Notes: a model not told the origin generated them from the sequence alone. A stretch of DNA of 64,000 bases from Hormiphora californensis (GCA_020137815.1 CM035351.1:7192001-7256000), one strand, 5' to 3'. Shown: positions 31,512 through 44,762, counted from the first letter of the stretch. Numbers and translations are program-made.

Positions 31512-33430
31512 AAAGGGGGGAAAAGAGAAAAAAAGAAGAGTGAGGTTTTTCCCCCTTTGGGGGGTTTTTTTTTCCCTTTAAATTTTTTTTCCCCCTTTTT
31601 CCCTTTTTTTTCTAAAAAAGGGCCCACGGGAAAAGGGGTGGGTGAAAAAGGGGAAAAGGGCGGGAATAAACGTTTTTTGGAAAAAATTTTTTGGAAAAAC
31701 GAGGGGGGCCCCTTTTTTCCCGGGGGCCTTTTTTTTTTTTTCCCCCTTTGGGAAAAAATTTTGGATTTTTTTCCTGGGGGGGGGAAAATTTGGGGAATTT
31801 TTTGGGGGGTTTTTTAAAAAAGGGGGGGGTTTTTTTTTTCCTTTCCCCTTTGGGGCCCCCCGGGGAAAAAAAAAAAGGCCAAATTTAAAAGGGAAAATTT
31901 TTTAAAAAAGGGAAAAACCCCAAAGAAAATAGAAAAAAAGGGAAAAAAAAATTTAAAAGGGGGGGGGGGGAAAGGGGTTTTTTAATCCTTTTTTCTTTTT
32001 CTTTTGGTTTTGGGGGGGGGAAAAAAAATTAAAGAAAAAAATTTTTTTTGGCCCCACAAAAAGGAAAGGGAAAGTTGGGCCCCCTTTTTTTTTCCTTCCC
32101 CCCCCCCTTTTCCCCTTTTTAAAAGGAAAAAAAATTTTTTCCCTTTTTAAAAAGGGGTTTCTTTCCCCCCCCCCCCCCAATTTTCCCCCCTTTTTTTCTT
32201 CTTTTTAAAAAACTTTCCCCCTTTTTTTTTTGGGGGGGGGGGGGGGCCCCCCCCCCCCGTCCCCCCTCCCCCTTTTAAAAAGGGGGGGTTTTTTTTTTTT
32301 TTTTTGCCCCGGTTTCCCCTAAATTCCCTCCGGGGGGGGGCCCCCCCTTTTTAAAAAGGGGGGCCCTTTTTTCCCCGAAGTTCCCCCGGGGGGAAAAACC
32401 CCCCGGGGGGGGCAAGGTTTTAAAAACCCCGGTTTTTGCCGAACGGGAGGGGGTTAAGAGGGAAGAGGAGAGAGAAAAAAAAGGGGGGGGGGGGCCCCCC
32501 CGGGGGGGGGGGGGGGGGGGGGGGGGCCCCCCCCCCCCCCCCCCCCAAAAAAAATTTTTTTTTTGGGGGAAAAAAGGGAAAAAAAAAAGGGGGGGAAAAT
32601 AAACCCTTAAAAAATTTTGGGGGGGGTTTTTTGCCCCCAAAATAAAAAAATTTAGGGAAAGGGGCCCGGTTTTTTTTTTTAATTAGGGTTGGGAAAAAGG
32701 GGAAATTCCTTTAAAAAAGGGGTTGTTTTTTAAACCCCAACCCTTTTAAAACCCTCCCCTTTTTCCTTTAAATTTTTTTTTCAAAAATTTAAAAAAATTT
32801 TACCCCTTTTCTAATTAATCCCTTAAAGGGGGGTTTTTCTTCAAGGTTTAAAACCCCCTAATTAACCCCCCTTTACCCTTTTATAAAAAGCAGGGTTTTT
32901 TCCCCCTCTCTCACAAAAAGGGTTTGATTTCCCTTAAAAAAAAAACCCCTTTCCTCCCTAAAAAAACCCGTTTTTTTCCCCCAAAAAAAAATCCCTTTCC
33001 CAAAAATTTTTTTCCCCCTTTAAAAATTTTCCCCCCCAATTTTTTTTTTAAAAATTTTTCCCCATTCCCCCCCAAATTTAAAAACAAAAAAGGGGTTTTT
33101 TTTCCAAAACGGGAAAACAACGCCCGGGCCCCCTTTTAAAATTTTTTAAAAACTTTTTTTAAAAAAAACTTTTTAAAAAATTTTAAAAAAAAATTTTAAA
33201 AACATTTTCCCACTTTAAAAATTTTCTCTTTTTTTACTATAAATTTTATAAAAAGGGCCGGGGTTTTTTTATTTTAAGAAATTTTTAAAAATGAAAAAAT
33301 TTTTATAAATTAAAAATAAAAAAAATTCCCAAAGTGCCCTAAAAAATTGAATTTGTTTTAACAAAATTAAAAACCTTTTCCCCCTTTTTAAAAATTCCTT
33401 TGGCAATTTTATTGGGGAATTTTCTCAAAT
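31512..33430. other. Homopolymer-run low-complexity tract, probable sequencing or assembly artefact
   Basis: Almost entirely runs of A, C, G or T with no periodicity. It starts directly after a (GA)n tract and ends abruptly. Confidence 0.8.
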
Positions 33431-34146
33431 CTATAGGACGGCACTGATTCTAGGCAGGTTGACCTCTCTCTCACATAAAGAAGCAGTTCTTCTACTCGCA
33501 CTAAGAAGCAGTTGACTTTTTAAAAGAAGCAGGTTGACCCTCTCTCTCTCACTAAAGAAGCAGGTTGACCCTCTCTCTCACTAAAAAAGGATGGTGTTCG
33601 TTAAAACTGGACAATGGTAAGTAAAAACCCAACTCCTTAGCCAGGGCCATCCTTCTTTCTCTTCCCTAATGTTTCAATACCGATTTGTTCTCTTCCCCCC
33701 TCATACTGAGTAGGGAAGTATGAACTATCTAGCGGCGCCTGGCCACGTTTTGATCCTCAAAACGGAATGTGCGATCAGATCAGATCGGCGCCGCCAGACC
33801 ATGTATTGCCGAGTTCAATTTCATCAAGTATGGTTTGTTAAATAACTATCATAAACGCTCTTGAAGTAGAACCAAACCTGAAACATGACAGCTTCCTTTC
33901 CATTACATTAACTTATCGAAATACATTATCGAAATACATTGATCGTCTAGCCATATTTTGTATCTGTCAAATATTGGTTGGAAGTAGAGCCAGAGGGAGA
34001 TGTATTTGTAAGACAAGTTTAAGTGACAAGTGAATCAGATGCTGATGAGCTATGAAGATGAGAGAAACATTCGCTAAAGATAGATCCGACTAAGAGAGTC
34101 ATGTATGAGTAATTGAAATGATAGAGACAAATTCGATACACTTTCA

Positions 34147-34417
34147 GTGGACCCATATAGACTATAACACAGACTGTCACGCTAAATTGGCCCATGTTAT
34201 CACATATGTGTGCCAATTTCAATTTGTCGACATTCTATAACATCGACATTCGAAAACATCGTTTCTTATACTGATACGAATGTGGACCCATATAGACTAT
34301 AACACAGACTGTCACGCTAAATTGGCCCATGTTATCACATATATGTGCCAATTTCAATTTGTCGACATTCTATAACATCGACATTCGAAAACATCGTTTC
34401 TTATACTGATACGAATG
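34147..34417. repeat. Tandem duplication of a 135-bp unit
   Basis: GTGGACCCATATAGACTATAAC... begins at both 34147 and 34282; the copies are nearly identical. Confidence 0.92.
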
Positions 34418-34561
34418 TTGTTTTATAGTTCGCTGGACAATTGTTTATTGTTACTCGTCAAACCATCACACATTTTATTTACCGGTTTGTAATTTCTGAA
34501 CAACTTCGATCTTCCTAGCTCAAGAATTCACTGAATACAATATACTCTGTGTTCTTCAACC

Positions 34562-34615
<54 letters not shown>

Positions 34616-34722
34616 CTCCTCTTCTCTCTCTCCACCCCCTCTCTCTCCCTTGTTTTCTATCTATCTCTCTATCTCCCTGTGAACGAAAGATCGAGGTGTT
34701 TAGCTAAGTACATCCACCACTT

Positions 34723-34871
<149 letters not shown>

Positions 34872-35450
34872 CCCCTATCTCCTATCTCTCTCTCCCTATC
34901 TCTATTGTCGTTTCCTACTCCCACAAACACCTGCAGCTTAACAACAATAAGGGATTTTGGATACCCGCGTATACACACACCATCCCTCCCCTCTCGTTTT
35001 CCATATTTCCCCTTTTTCTCGATGTACGAGAGTGTGTGTCCTCTTGAGCACAAGATGTTATGTGTGAGAGCATTCTTTATGGGCTTTAGCTTGCGTTTCC
35101 TTCAAATCTTTGGGAGTATAACTCCTTCTATCCTATTCTCTCAGCTCATCTTTTCCAATCATTTCTCCCTCCCTTATTTCTTTATCCCATTCTATCCCTC
35201 CCTTATTCCAGCTTCTCTCCGTTTAACATTCGTCCCTGACTAGCCATCATCACTGAGTAGTGCCATCATTTAAAAGTTCTGTAAACATTTGATAGTTAGT
35301 GGTTAGTTTTCACTTCACATAAATACTGCTCTATCAGTTACTTCCCTTCCCGTCAAGTCTTCGTAGTACTCAACACAAGATTAGAGCCACAAGTATGATC
35401 TCTCATCTTTTGCTAACCCCATACTCATCTAGAATAATCCCCCCCCAGAT

Positions 35451-37192
35451 ATGAACACGAGTGTACGTGGCATAGCCTCCGGTCTGACCACCAAGGACAG
35501 ACTCCGCAGGAAACGGGCAACCTCCGGATCATCCCGACTGGTGAAGGTCAATGTGAGCGGCAGGGAGTTCCATATTAACGAGAGAGATCTTCAGCTCTAC
35601 CCGGAGACCCTTTTGGGATCCAACGAACTAGAACAATTCTACCAACCAGCACTGCGGTGCTACTTCTTCGATAGGAATCGCCACGTTTTTGAGTACATTG
35701 CTAGTTTCTATCAGACAGGTGCTCTCAGTCTGCCTAGTGAGCTGGATAGTAAGCTGGTAAACGAGGAACTCTCCTTCTTCCGGCTGAATGAGGACGAAGG
35801 AACGATGGAATCGTCTGAAATGGAGATCCCAGAAACCGTCAAAGGAAGGATGCACCTGTTCCTCAATTATCCTTCGTCTTCTTTTGAGGCTGGGATATGG
35901 GCGGCGATTGATATGTCTATGATTCTAGCAGGCATACTATTTTACTGCCTAGAGACAGAGCCAGAACTTAAGAAACATTTTGAAGACCCCAATGACCCGT
36001 ATTACCATTGGTTATGGTGGGCCCAGACCTCCGTCACTCTCTTCTTTACCATTGACCTGGCCCTTCGTGCTATTTCCTGGCCTAATATCTGGGGATTCTT
36101 CAAAGAGCCGATCAATACCCTGGACTTTGTGTCAATTGTTCCGTTCTACATTCAGTACTTGCTGGAAAGTCTCCATGTTGGTGGTAACTCCAAGGTACTA
36201 CTGAGTCTGGGGAAGCTGTTCAGGATGATAAGGGTGGTCAGGGTGGTGAAGTTCTTCAAATATTTCAAGGAGATGTTCCTGATCCTGGATTTCATTTGCC
36301 AAGCTTGGAAAGAGATCGTGTTGATTATCTGTCTTACTGCCATGCTTCTGATAATCTTCGGGTCGATACTGTACAATGTGGAGAAGGAGCAAAACGACCA
36401 GTTTTACTCCATTGCACAGGTATAATATATGGTCCAGTTCTTTATACGAGTTGTTTAGTTTTACCTTGGCCTTATCGAGTAACCTCTTGCTCAACCAAAA
36501 TTAGTTTGGATGCCCGGGCCCATTTGGTGTCACGGGGGTAAAACCTTTAGGCTACTGTCATAAATAATGGCATATCTCGTTTATTTTTCTATACACTTCT
36601 CTCGTTTTTCTTTTCTCTTTCTCTCCCTCACTCTATCTCTTTCTCCCACTCTCCACCTCCCATCTCCCTCATCTTCTATCCTTTTTTTCCAGACTATCTC
36701 CAGCTTGTTACTCAACCTCAATCTCCCAGGGTTTCTGGTGGTCACTAACGACAATTACAACAGTGGGGTATGGTGATGTGTCACCTATAACCTGGCTCGG
36801 GCAGGTATGTAAACCAGAGCCCCTGAGCTGCAGATATGTTCTCCCCTCCCCTAGATTGTGATCACGGGTAACATTCTCTAACTCCCCCAAACAGTGCTCT
36901 CTAGCCCCCTGATAATATCCCGGCTAACACCCCTTCTCTCCCCCCTCAGTTGGCTGGCTCAGTATTAGTGATTTTCTCTCTGGTTGTCCTAACACTACCA
37001 ATGACCATTATAATCACAAAGTTCAACTACGCCTACGAGACAAAGAAGACGAACTACCGCCGGGGAGAGCGACCCCAACTTCCCCCTAACGATGGGGATT
37101 TGGGAAGTACGGAGGAAAGAGAGGAGGAAGATGTTGATAACTCATTTTGGTATGGAGGTCAGAGATACAGTATAGTGAGTTGTCCTACCTAG
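35451..37192 (+). CDS. Shaker-family voltage-gated K+ channel subunit, 3 exons (35451-36419, 36730-36804, 36950-37192)
   Basis: T1 domain (VKVNVSGREF...YPETLLG...YFFDRNR), S1-S3, S4 (KLFRMIRVVRVVKFFK), pore (GFWWSLTTITTVGYGDVSP) and S6 (LVVLTLPMTII). Confidence 0.96.
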
Positions 37193-38112
37193 GATCAGTT
37201 CCCCATCATGCTCCTAGCAGTAATGCGGTGGTTACATATATCAGTCTGGAGAGGTGACATGTTACGTGGTGAACACTTATCTCAAGAGTGTGATGCAGAT
37301 CTGTACGAGTCTCATATATGACTGTCCTGACAATACGTGGGTGCAAGGACGTGGAGAAAAAGAGAGATATTAGTGAAAACGAAAGACTACACAATAAGGG
37401 TTCACATGATGCTGATGCCCAATGAAAACTGAGAGAGACATTGAGACAGGGTTTCGTGTGCTTTTAAAAGTGTGTTACATGTAGTTCCGAGGGCTGACAT
37501 TTCTTTGCAGTTTATTTGTTGCTGTTCACAAAGCGATGTGATCTAAGTTCGATACTAAATGTTATGGAAACGATTAACTTGTCTCATTTAGGACAAAGTT
37601 ATAGTTCGATTTTCTCTCGAATTCAAAGAAGCCCCGGGACCTCCATTCCAAGAACATCAACTACTCAGTACTCACATTAATATCTATAATCTTTCCCAGA
37701 GTCATTTGAAGGATCGATATTGACTGTAACGAGTTCCTCTACCGTTATCAAGGGGGTCCCTTTTCATGCCTCACACGGTACTAAATCACTTTGTGACGAT
37801 TTACTGGTAGTATTAATGGTTACTACTAATGGGTATTATAGAAATAGGAGCAGAAATTTACAGCTCTGTGAGTCACCACAAACTAGTTTTATTGTTGCTC
37901 GGAATGACTTCATTGTCAACGAGAAAGAGCTTCCTTTGTCAACCATAGACAATTTATTCGAAGCCCCCCACTGCAAGTATAAAACTACAGTGAAAACTCC
38001 CCATGTAATCCCATTTCCTGAATCATGTTTGACCGTGGTGGGGAACTCTAGCAGTAGCTGACCCTCTCTCTGATATCCTGGTGGACACTCTCCTGGTGCG
38101 GACAGTACTAAA

Positions 38113-38973
38113 ATGCACCTGTGTTGGCTGATTATTCTACTGGGTACCCGTGGTGTGTACACGATAACCTGCAATACAGACGAGAAAGAGACACGGGAAT
38201 GTCCGGCTGGAGTTACTCTCTGTTATTCCTACAAACCCCGTCAACTAATTGATCAGTATGTTAGGGGCGATTCAAAAAGGACGTACATGATTTTTGGTCA
38301 TTTTTTACCCCCCCCCCCTGTCCAGGCCTGTCCGAATCTGCCAGACCCCCTCCCTCCCCCTGTCCGAGTTTCTTCCACTTATATCTAGTAAAATCAGTAA
38401 AATTTTTATTCAAAACCTGGGACAGTCCGAATTGCGTCAACCCCCCCCCTCCCCCGTGTCCAGAAATGTCCGAAATCGGCTACCTCCCCCTACCCCTGCA
38501 CTGGACGTCCTTTTTGAATCGCCCCTTAACCAAATGCCACTTCAAAATGTTTTGTCTCACAAAACCAATCTACCCCACCCTTCCACCCTTCCTCCCTCAC
38601 CCCAGTTAGAACACAGCCCTCCCTCCTCCTCCTTGCTCGACCTACACCCCCTAGCCCCTGTTAGAACATAACACATCCCTCCTCCCCTCTCTCCAGCCGA
38701 CCAGTTGTGACAGATTGTGGGCCCTGTCCTGACATGGTAAAGGACGATGAGGAGTGTGTGACATGTGACAGACAGGAATGTAACGGACCCCATGCCTTTA
38801 ACGTGGGACCCCTTGTACTTAACGACAAGGATGAACCGATGGATGGCGATGATGATTCAAATAGCACAAGATCATATACAAGATTTAATTTTAAAAATGC
38901 AGCCTTCGGTGTAAACTTCTCCCCCTTTTACCTGATACTGGGGCCAGTTTTGATGGGACTTGTAGCTAACTAG
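38113..38973 (+). CDS. Small secreted/GPI-anchored 8-Cys Ly6/three-finger-like protein, 2 exons (38113-38255, 38697-38973)
   Basis: Signal peptide, then ITC-x9-CP-x5-CYSY...DCGPCP...ECVTCDRQECN. An acidic spacer and a hydrophobic C-terminus (FYLILGPVLMGLVAN) follow. The phase-2 GT-AG intron joins the exons in frame. Confidence 0.78.
38264..38525. mobile_element. PIF/Harbinger (Tourist-like) MITE in the Ly6-like intron
   Basis: TIR GGGGCGATTCAAAAAGGACGT at both ends, flanked by a TTA direct repeat. Confidence 0.85.
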
Positions 38974-39299
38974 AACTGTGATGAAGATAGAGAGCCCAGA
39001 GAGATGGACATGGCCCAGAGAGAGAGAGAGAGAGCCAGGAGAGAGTCTGGAGAGAGAGCCAGGAGAGAGCCCATACCAGAGAGAGTCCGGAGAGAGATTT
39101 CGGAGAGAAATTATTTTTGTTAGATCTGGTCACCGTGCTCTTCCCTGTGTTAGACATTGCTAGATAACAAGAAGAGTGTGTTAGTGATGTAAAAAGCATA
39201 ATAAATGTTAAAAACATGTTAAAACTATGTGTCAAACATCCAACATAAGAAATAATAACACACTTTGCACAGCAGATCACACAGTACACAGTACACAAA

Positions 39300-42200
39300 T
39301 CACTCTAGAACAAGGTGTCTATATCGGTTAATAGCTCCTGCAATTTCCAATATTCGAGGTCTGGCGAGCCAGTTAGAGTCATCCTTAACGACACCAAGAC
39401 CTCCAGATTGTATGCCCGCGTCCAGGGATTTCAAGAGAGAAGATAGAGAGGCTCGGGGCTTGTCAACCAGCTTCTTTAGTACCTGACATGATTCAGTTTA
39501 GAAAGCATATTGGGGTGAGAATGGGAAGATGTTCAAACCAGGCAAAAGATATCATGTGGTTTATTGTTTTTCGGGGTACCCTCAGCTTACCTTGCTCAAC
39601 CTTCTCTCACCACGCACAGAACAAACCTCATAACTTACCTCAACTATAAGCCTGGTTTGTCCAATCTCAACCAGCTGCTCGAGGGATGACAAGTCCAATG
39701 TACTGGCCTCCTCACTGTCATCTGTATTATAGGACACACCCGCCTTGTTGATTATCTTTACCTTACCACAGAAGGGTTTGAAACTACCCAGAGATGGTAT
39801 TCTAGAGTTGGGTTCTGTCTGAAGGGGGGGGGGGGTGACAGAGAAATTAGGGGTGGTGGTGAGATTTAGATGTAGTATCGAGAGTGAGATAGAGAAGACT
39901 AGGTATGATGGGACACCAAGATGTTGACATACCATTGGTGATAGAGATGGAACAGTAACAGGTTTTAGTTTAGCTATCTCCTTAGCTCTCTCAGTTACAT
40001 CAGTAACTTCATAACAATCCAACAGTAACACAGTATCAGCAACATCTAGATAATCACCAGCTCCTCCCACCACCAATATTGTGCTGACTCCGAACTTGGT
40101 GAATAGTTCTCGGGCCCGGTGCAGAAAGGGTTTTATTGGCTCTTTTTCAGCGGGGAACAACATCTGTATCTTATCATCTCGGATCATAAAGTTTGTGGCT
40201 GCGGTATCTTCGTCTATCAGTAGGCATTTCCCACCTGGGAAACAGTTTAGATAGGACACGGCATGTGGCATTGGGCGATCAGACCACCGAAACAAAGTTG
40301 GGGTTGACTCAGGTGTTGCTGTGTATAAAAGCGTGGGAATTCTACAAGTTGTGCGCGCTTCACTCTGTTTGTGTAGAATCGCGCGCTACAGTTATGTCAG
40401 AAAACCAGAGCTCATTTCTCGGCAGGTGGTTACTTGTCACACCACCGCGATGTGATTAGTGATAAAGAGTTACTTCAAATGGGTATTGACTATTGGTGTA
40501 ACCTACCCATCTCAAGATATTCCATTATCGCAGCCGCCTGGGAGGTACTCCCACTGGCACAGGAACATGTGAATTTAGTTGTATCCTTCTGGTAGGGCAG
40601 GTTGTTGATAAAGTTAGAAATATCAACCCCTGTTATACTCCTTCCATCCTCGGCTCGTACTTTTAGGGTGGATGGATTAGATACGAGGTTCTCTCTTCCA
40701 TCATCCGGAATCTTGGAGTAAATACCAAACTGAAAGAGAGGGGAAGTGTTAGATTGTATCATGTTGGATGATGGGGTTCTGTCATAATGGTTGGTTGGTG
40801 AGACTGACCTTCAGTGCTGATAAAAGAGTTGATTTCCCATGGAATCCTCCACCAGTAATCAGTGTAACCCCCTTCCTAACTCCCATCCCTGTTATAGGAC
40901 CTCCGTTGGGCCGGTTTAACTGATATATGGGGGACAATAAGTAGACCCAGAGCGGGGTGTGAAAACATTTAAAATTGAATAACTCACATTCAACTAATTT
41001 AATTCCTAACAGTGTCTACATGTAACTATAACATAAACAGATTCTCCTCACCGTGACAGAAAGTGATGGAGGGGAGGTGAATTTCACCACATTTCCACTC
41101 AGCGGTGTATCTTTATCGCCTGCCTCCCGAGGCAGCACGGCTCCATCCGGTACAAATGCTACGAACCCCAGTCCCTCTAACTGTCCCCTGAGGGACTCCT
41201 GATCTTCATAGCACTCCACCCACCTCTGAACTGTCCCTGAATCGCTATCTCTACCCAGACAGGAGGCAATGACAACACTTTGAAGAGTGGTACAACAGAT
41301 GTCAGCAGCCCACTCGCCACAGATAGAGCGCCCTCGTGCAGGGAGACCAATACAAAACCGTAGGAATATAGCTCCTTCCTTCACCTGATAACATACTAAA
41401 TTTTTAGTTGGTCAGGAAATACTGGTCCCTGATTGGCTGATAACCAGTCACGTGACCTAAATGACGAGTTCTGATTGGTTGGTTACTTGTTTATTTTTAG
41501 TTGGTTTGAACATCAGCTACTGTGCTAGACGCTAGTTACTTTGTTAATAGTAAGGTGTACCTCACAAGCAGTCCTGGTGATGATGTTCTGAGATGGTCGC
41601 TCAATCCTCAACTCCCCTCCCTTGCCCTCGTGCCAATTACCCTCTGTAAACAGTACGTGGTAGTAGACGAATTTCAATAACTAGTCCCCCCCCCCTAGTT
41701 ATTACAATTCGGGGTGGGGGGGGGGGGAAAGATCACTTGGTACATACGGTACAGCTACATCGGAGATTCTCTTCTTACCATTGTAAAATTTTGAGATATA
41801 ATATAATTCTTTAGGTAGCACTGCTTGTACAACTTATAACACTGGGCAGTGTTATAAGTTTTCATGTATAACTGCTGGCAGTGTTATAAGTTTTCATGTA
41901 TAACTGCTAGCAGTGATACATGAAAACTTATAACACCGCTGCACTTAGAACTCCACTGTTTCTGTCACACTTAAAAACCGTTAGAAAGATAAACGTGTAC
42001 GAACTCCCTCTCTCTCTCTTTCTTTATGTCACACTCTCACGCCGTTGCAGCACCGAGATCAAGATAACGGTTACGAACTCCCGGACCCACACATTCTTTA
42101 TCTCTCTCACTCTCACTAACCTCTCACTCTCTTTACCTATCTCAGGCGTTATCTTATCTTATACTGATTTCTCTGCCTGCTACCTTATCATGAATTTGTT

Positions 42201-43499
42201 CTATTGTTACGCCCTAAAGTGTCTCTCACTCTTGTTTAAGAAATTTTACAATGCAATTTTATTATGCCTGTTTTCGTTGTACCTGACGTCAACAATAATG
42301 TCCCAGATTCGTACACTTTTAGACCTCGCAGGCTCGGTCAAAAAGTAAAACTACATCACTCGCAGGCTCGTGAGGTAGTTACACTTAGTGGCACTCGCAG
42401 GCTCGTGCACTAAAGTACAAGAATCTGCCTCGACCCGTGGTCTCGGATCATTATTGTTGCACTTATAACACTCGACCTTCGGTCTCGTGTTATAAGTTTT
42501 CAGGTACAACTTATAGGCATAATAAAATCCTACAATATAAATATACCGCTACCTACAAGTTATAACCCATGCAACTTACTCTGCTTTTCATCTGCCCCTA
42601 TTTGTTGTATTTTGTCTACTGCAGCTCGGAGAATATAGTCAGCTAATGCCACTTTTCGTTCGGGGTTTGAACAGGTAGTCTCCTCGTACCTGCTCTATTA
42701 GGTTGTAATAGAACCGTTAATTGTTTAAAATCAAGTAACTGCTTGATAGAACTGGAATCGAGCAGAGAAATAACTTTGAAGTTCGAGGCAAGGTTCCTTT
42801 ACTTAGTTACTTACAGAATTCAAGGGTATACGGGCTGTGACTCGTGATGGGGCAGCATATGGGTCACCCTGTATGTTATCAAACTTAACCTGGAACAACC
42901 CACCATAATCAACCCTGTACCCTGGTGAGAGGAGAGAAATAAGTTGAAATACTACATATTGTATCATTTGGTAGCAGAACTACTCTGTCTTATTGGTGAC
43001 ACAGTCACCCCGCCACTCTTAGCCGTGTGAATCACGGCAAACAAAGCCCGCGAAGCATCACCAATCTTTCTTACGGTATAAATCCTTGTAGGCAGGGTAT
43101 TGTTGATTGTTTAATCGACACAGCACATCGTACAGTTCATTGTCACTGATAACTGTTGTACTTCGGGATACCTTGGGGGATAAAAAGGGACACACCTAGT
43201 TACTTAGTTACGATACGTGTTTGTCTGGAGAATACCGGGATTAGAGAATATATCGAAACCTGCACTAATAACACCATACACTAATAAAACACCGCCCGCA
43301 GATACCTTGGGCACGTCGCGCCCCTCATGTTCGCCCCTCATGTACGCGGGCAAGCAGACACCTTACCAGACCAATAAACAACTAAAAAACTTACTGGTCT
43401 CGAATCAGATCGGTCTGTGTTTCCTCCTCCACCCCTTCCTCTACCTCTACCTCCTCTACCTCCCCCATACTTGTTCTTGTAGTATTCCCCTCTTCCCAT
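39300..43499 (-). CDS. ABC-class ATPase (COG3044/ABC_ATPase family, MRB1590-like) with an RGG N-terminus, 11 exons (43499-43395, 43171-43075, 42921-42815, 42694-42580, 41643-41561, 41384-41052, 40919-40809, 40729-40507, 40234-39933, 39818-39639, 39482-39300)
   Basis: Family motifs recovered in order: YPAYKDL, IQGDPYAAPSR, LPARGRSI, DGAVLPR, Walker A GGGFHGKST, RAEDGR, FINNLP, ASGSTSQAA, Walker B LLIDEDTAATNFMIRD, RPRILEIAGAINR. All junctions are in phase. Confidence 0.93.
41413..41492 (-). mobile_element. Short dispersed repeat (CCAAT/GTCACGTGAC family), copy 3, intronic
   Basis: CAGGAAATACTGGTCCCTGATTGGCTGATAACCAGTCACGTGACCTAAA matches copy 2. Confidence 0.85.
42256..42528. mobile_element. 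MITE with ~30-bp imperfect TIRs and internal CTCGCAGGCTCG repeats (ATPase intron)
   Basis: ATTTTATTATGCCT...GTTGTACCTGA pairs with TCAGGTACAAC...AGGCATAATAAAAT. Confidence 0.6.
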
Positions 43500-43789
43500 C
43501 TTACTATCTATCAGTGGGTATTTGGTGGGAGAGTGATTGATAGAGAGGGAGAGAACACAGAGAAATGGAATAAAAAATTGGTCAAAATATCATAACATAC
43601 GTCATACTTGGGCATAAATAACAGTGCTAGATTAATTACATCATACAAATCGACAATAACTGAATAACCAACTCCAACAAAATTATTGTTTGGTGACTCA
43701 GTCACCCCTCCACTACCAGCCGCGTAAAGCACGACAAACGTTCTGTGTAACAAAATAAGAGGGGATGGCATAACCAATTCGATGTTTGT

Positions 43790-44638
43790 TCATGTGCCAA
43801 CTAAGAACTCTGGATAGGTGATCTCTGACTCAGTCCTTTCAATCTCAACGTTCCTCTCACTCTCAACAACCGTTGACATTTCAAATACTTCCGGGCCTTT
43901 GAATGTAACACACTGATAAACAGGTTTAGGAACTTTTTCCCCGATCGAAGCAGTCACACAATTAAGATAAGACCAGTGGTTGTCAATCCCCCAGTTCAGC
44001 TGCTTGTTCCACTTTTCAATCTCCACCTCAGAAATCCCCATGACGGCTCTCTCCTTAATCTGCTCCGCTGCCCAATCACGAGCAGTAATGACGTCATGAA
44101 ATATATCACTACCATCACTATCCTCCCCCTCCCCTCCCTCCCCTACCTCCTCTGTCTCCATCTCCCCTCCCTCCTCTGTCTCCATCCCTACTGATATGTG
44201 GTTAGTTTGGGGCCGCTGGTGGATGTTTAGTAGGAACGTGTTAGGGGATGTGGTACTGAACATCACAGAGACATCGTAGATAACTCCATTGAATTCCATG
44301 GGGAAGGAGTCCCCAAAATCAGGCTGAGAGATGACAGTTTCAAAAAAGCGATCACACGCTGCAGATGGGAGGGATTCACGATCACAGTTGGGGGGAACTT
44401 GAACGACGCAGTTGAAGGTTCCACATTCTTTCTCTACTGTCAGCCGAATAACGTCTTGCATGACTGATCTAGTGAGATAAACAACATGTTAGGTTAGATA
44501 TTGGTGGTATCAAAGATACCTCACACTCGCGACCTTCGTGGTGTGTGCTTCGTGCACCGGCAAGGGAGGGGCAACTTCTTCACCACCAACAGATATTGGT
44601 GGTATGAGAATGAAGCCCTGAGGGTACCTTGCACATCC
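43790..44638 (-). CDS. Orphan protein, copy A (last two exons ~44638-44519 and ~44468-43790; 5' end not identified)
   Basis: A 223-aa open terminal exon is conserved in frame with its paralog at 47206-47850, with in-frame indels only in an acidic tract. The upstream exon PLPVHEAHTTKVASVR joins through a short GT-AG intron. Confidence 0.65.
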
Positions 44639-44683
44639 TAGCAAGCTAGGTGGTGACACACACAGTCTATCTATCTCTCTCTT

Positions 44684-44762
<79 letters not shown>

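Noticed and set aside
31328-33139. Lys/Phe/Gly/Pro-rich ORFs
   Set aside because: Products of homopolymer runs in a probable artefact.
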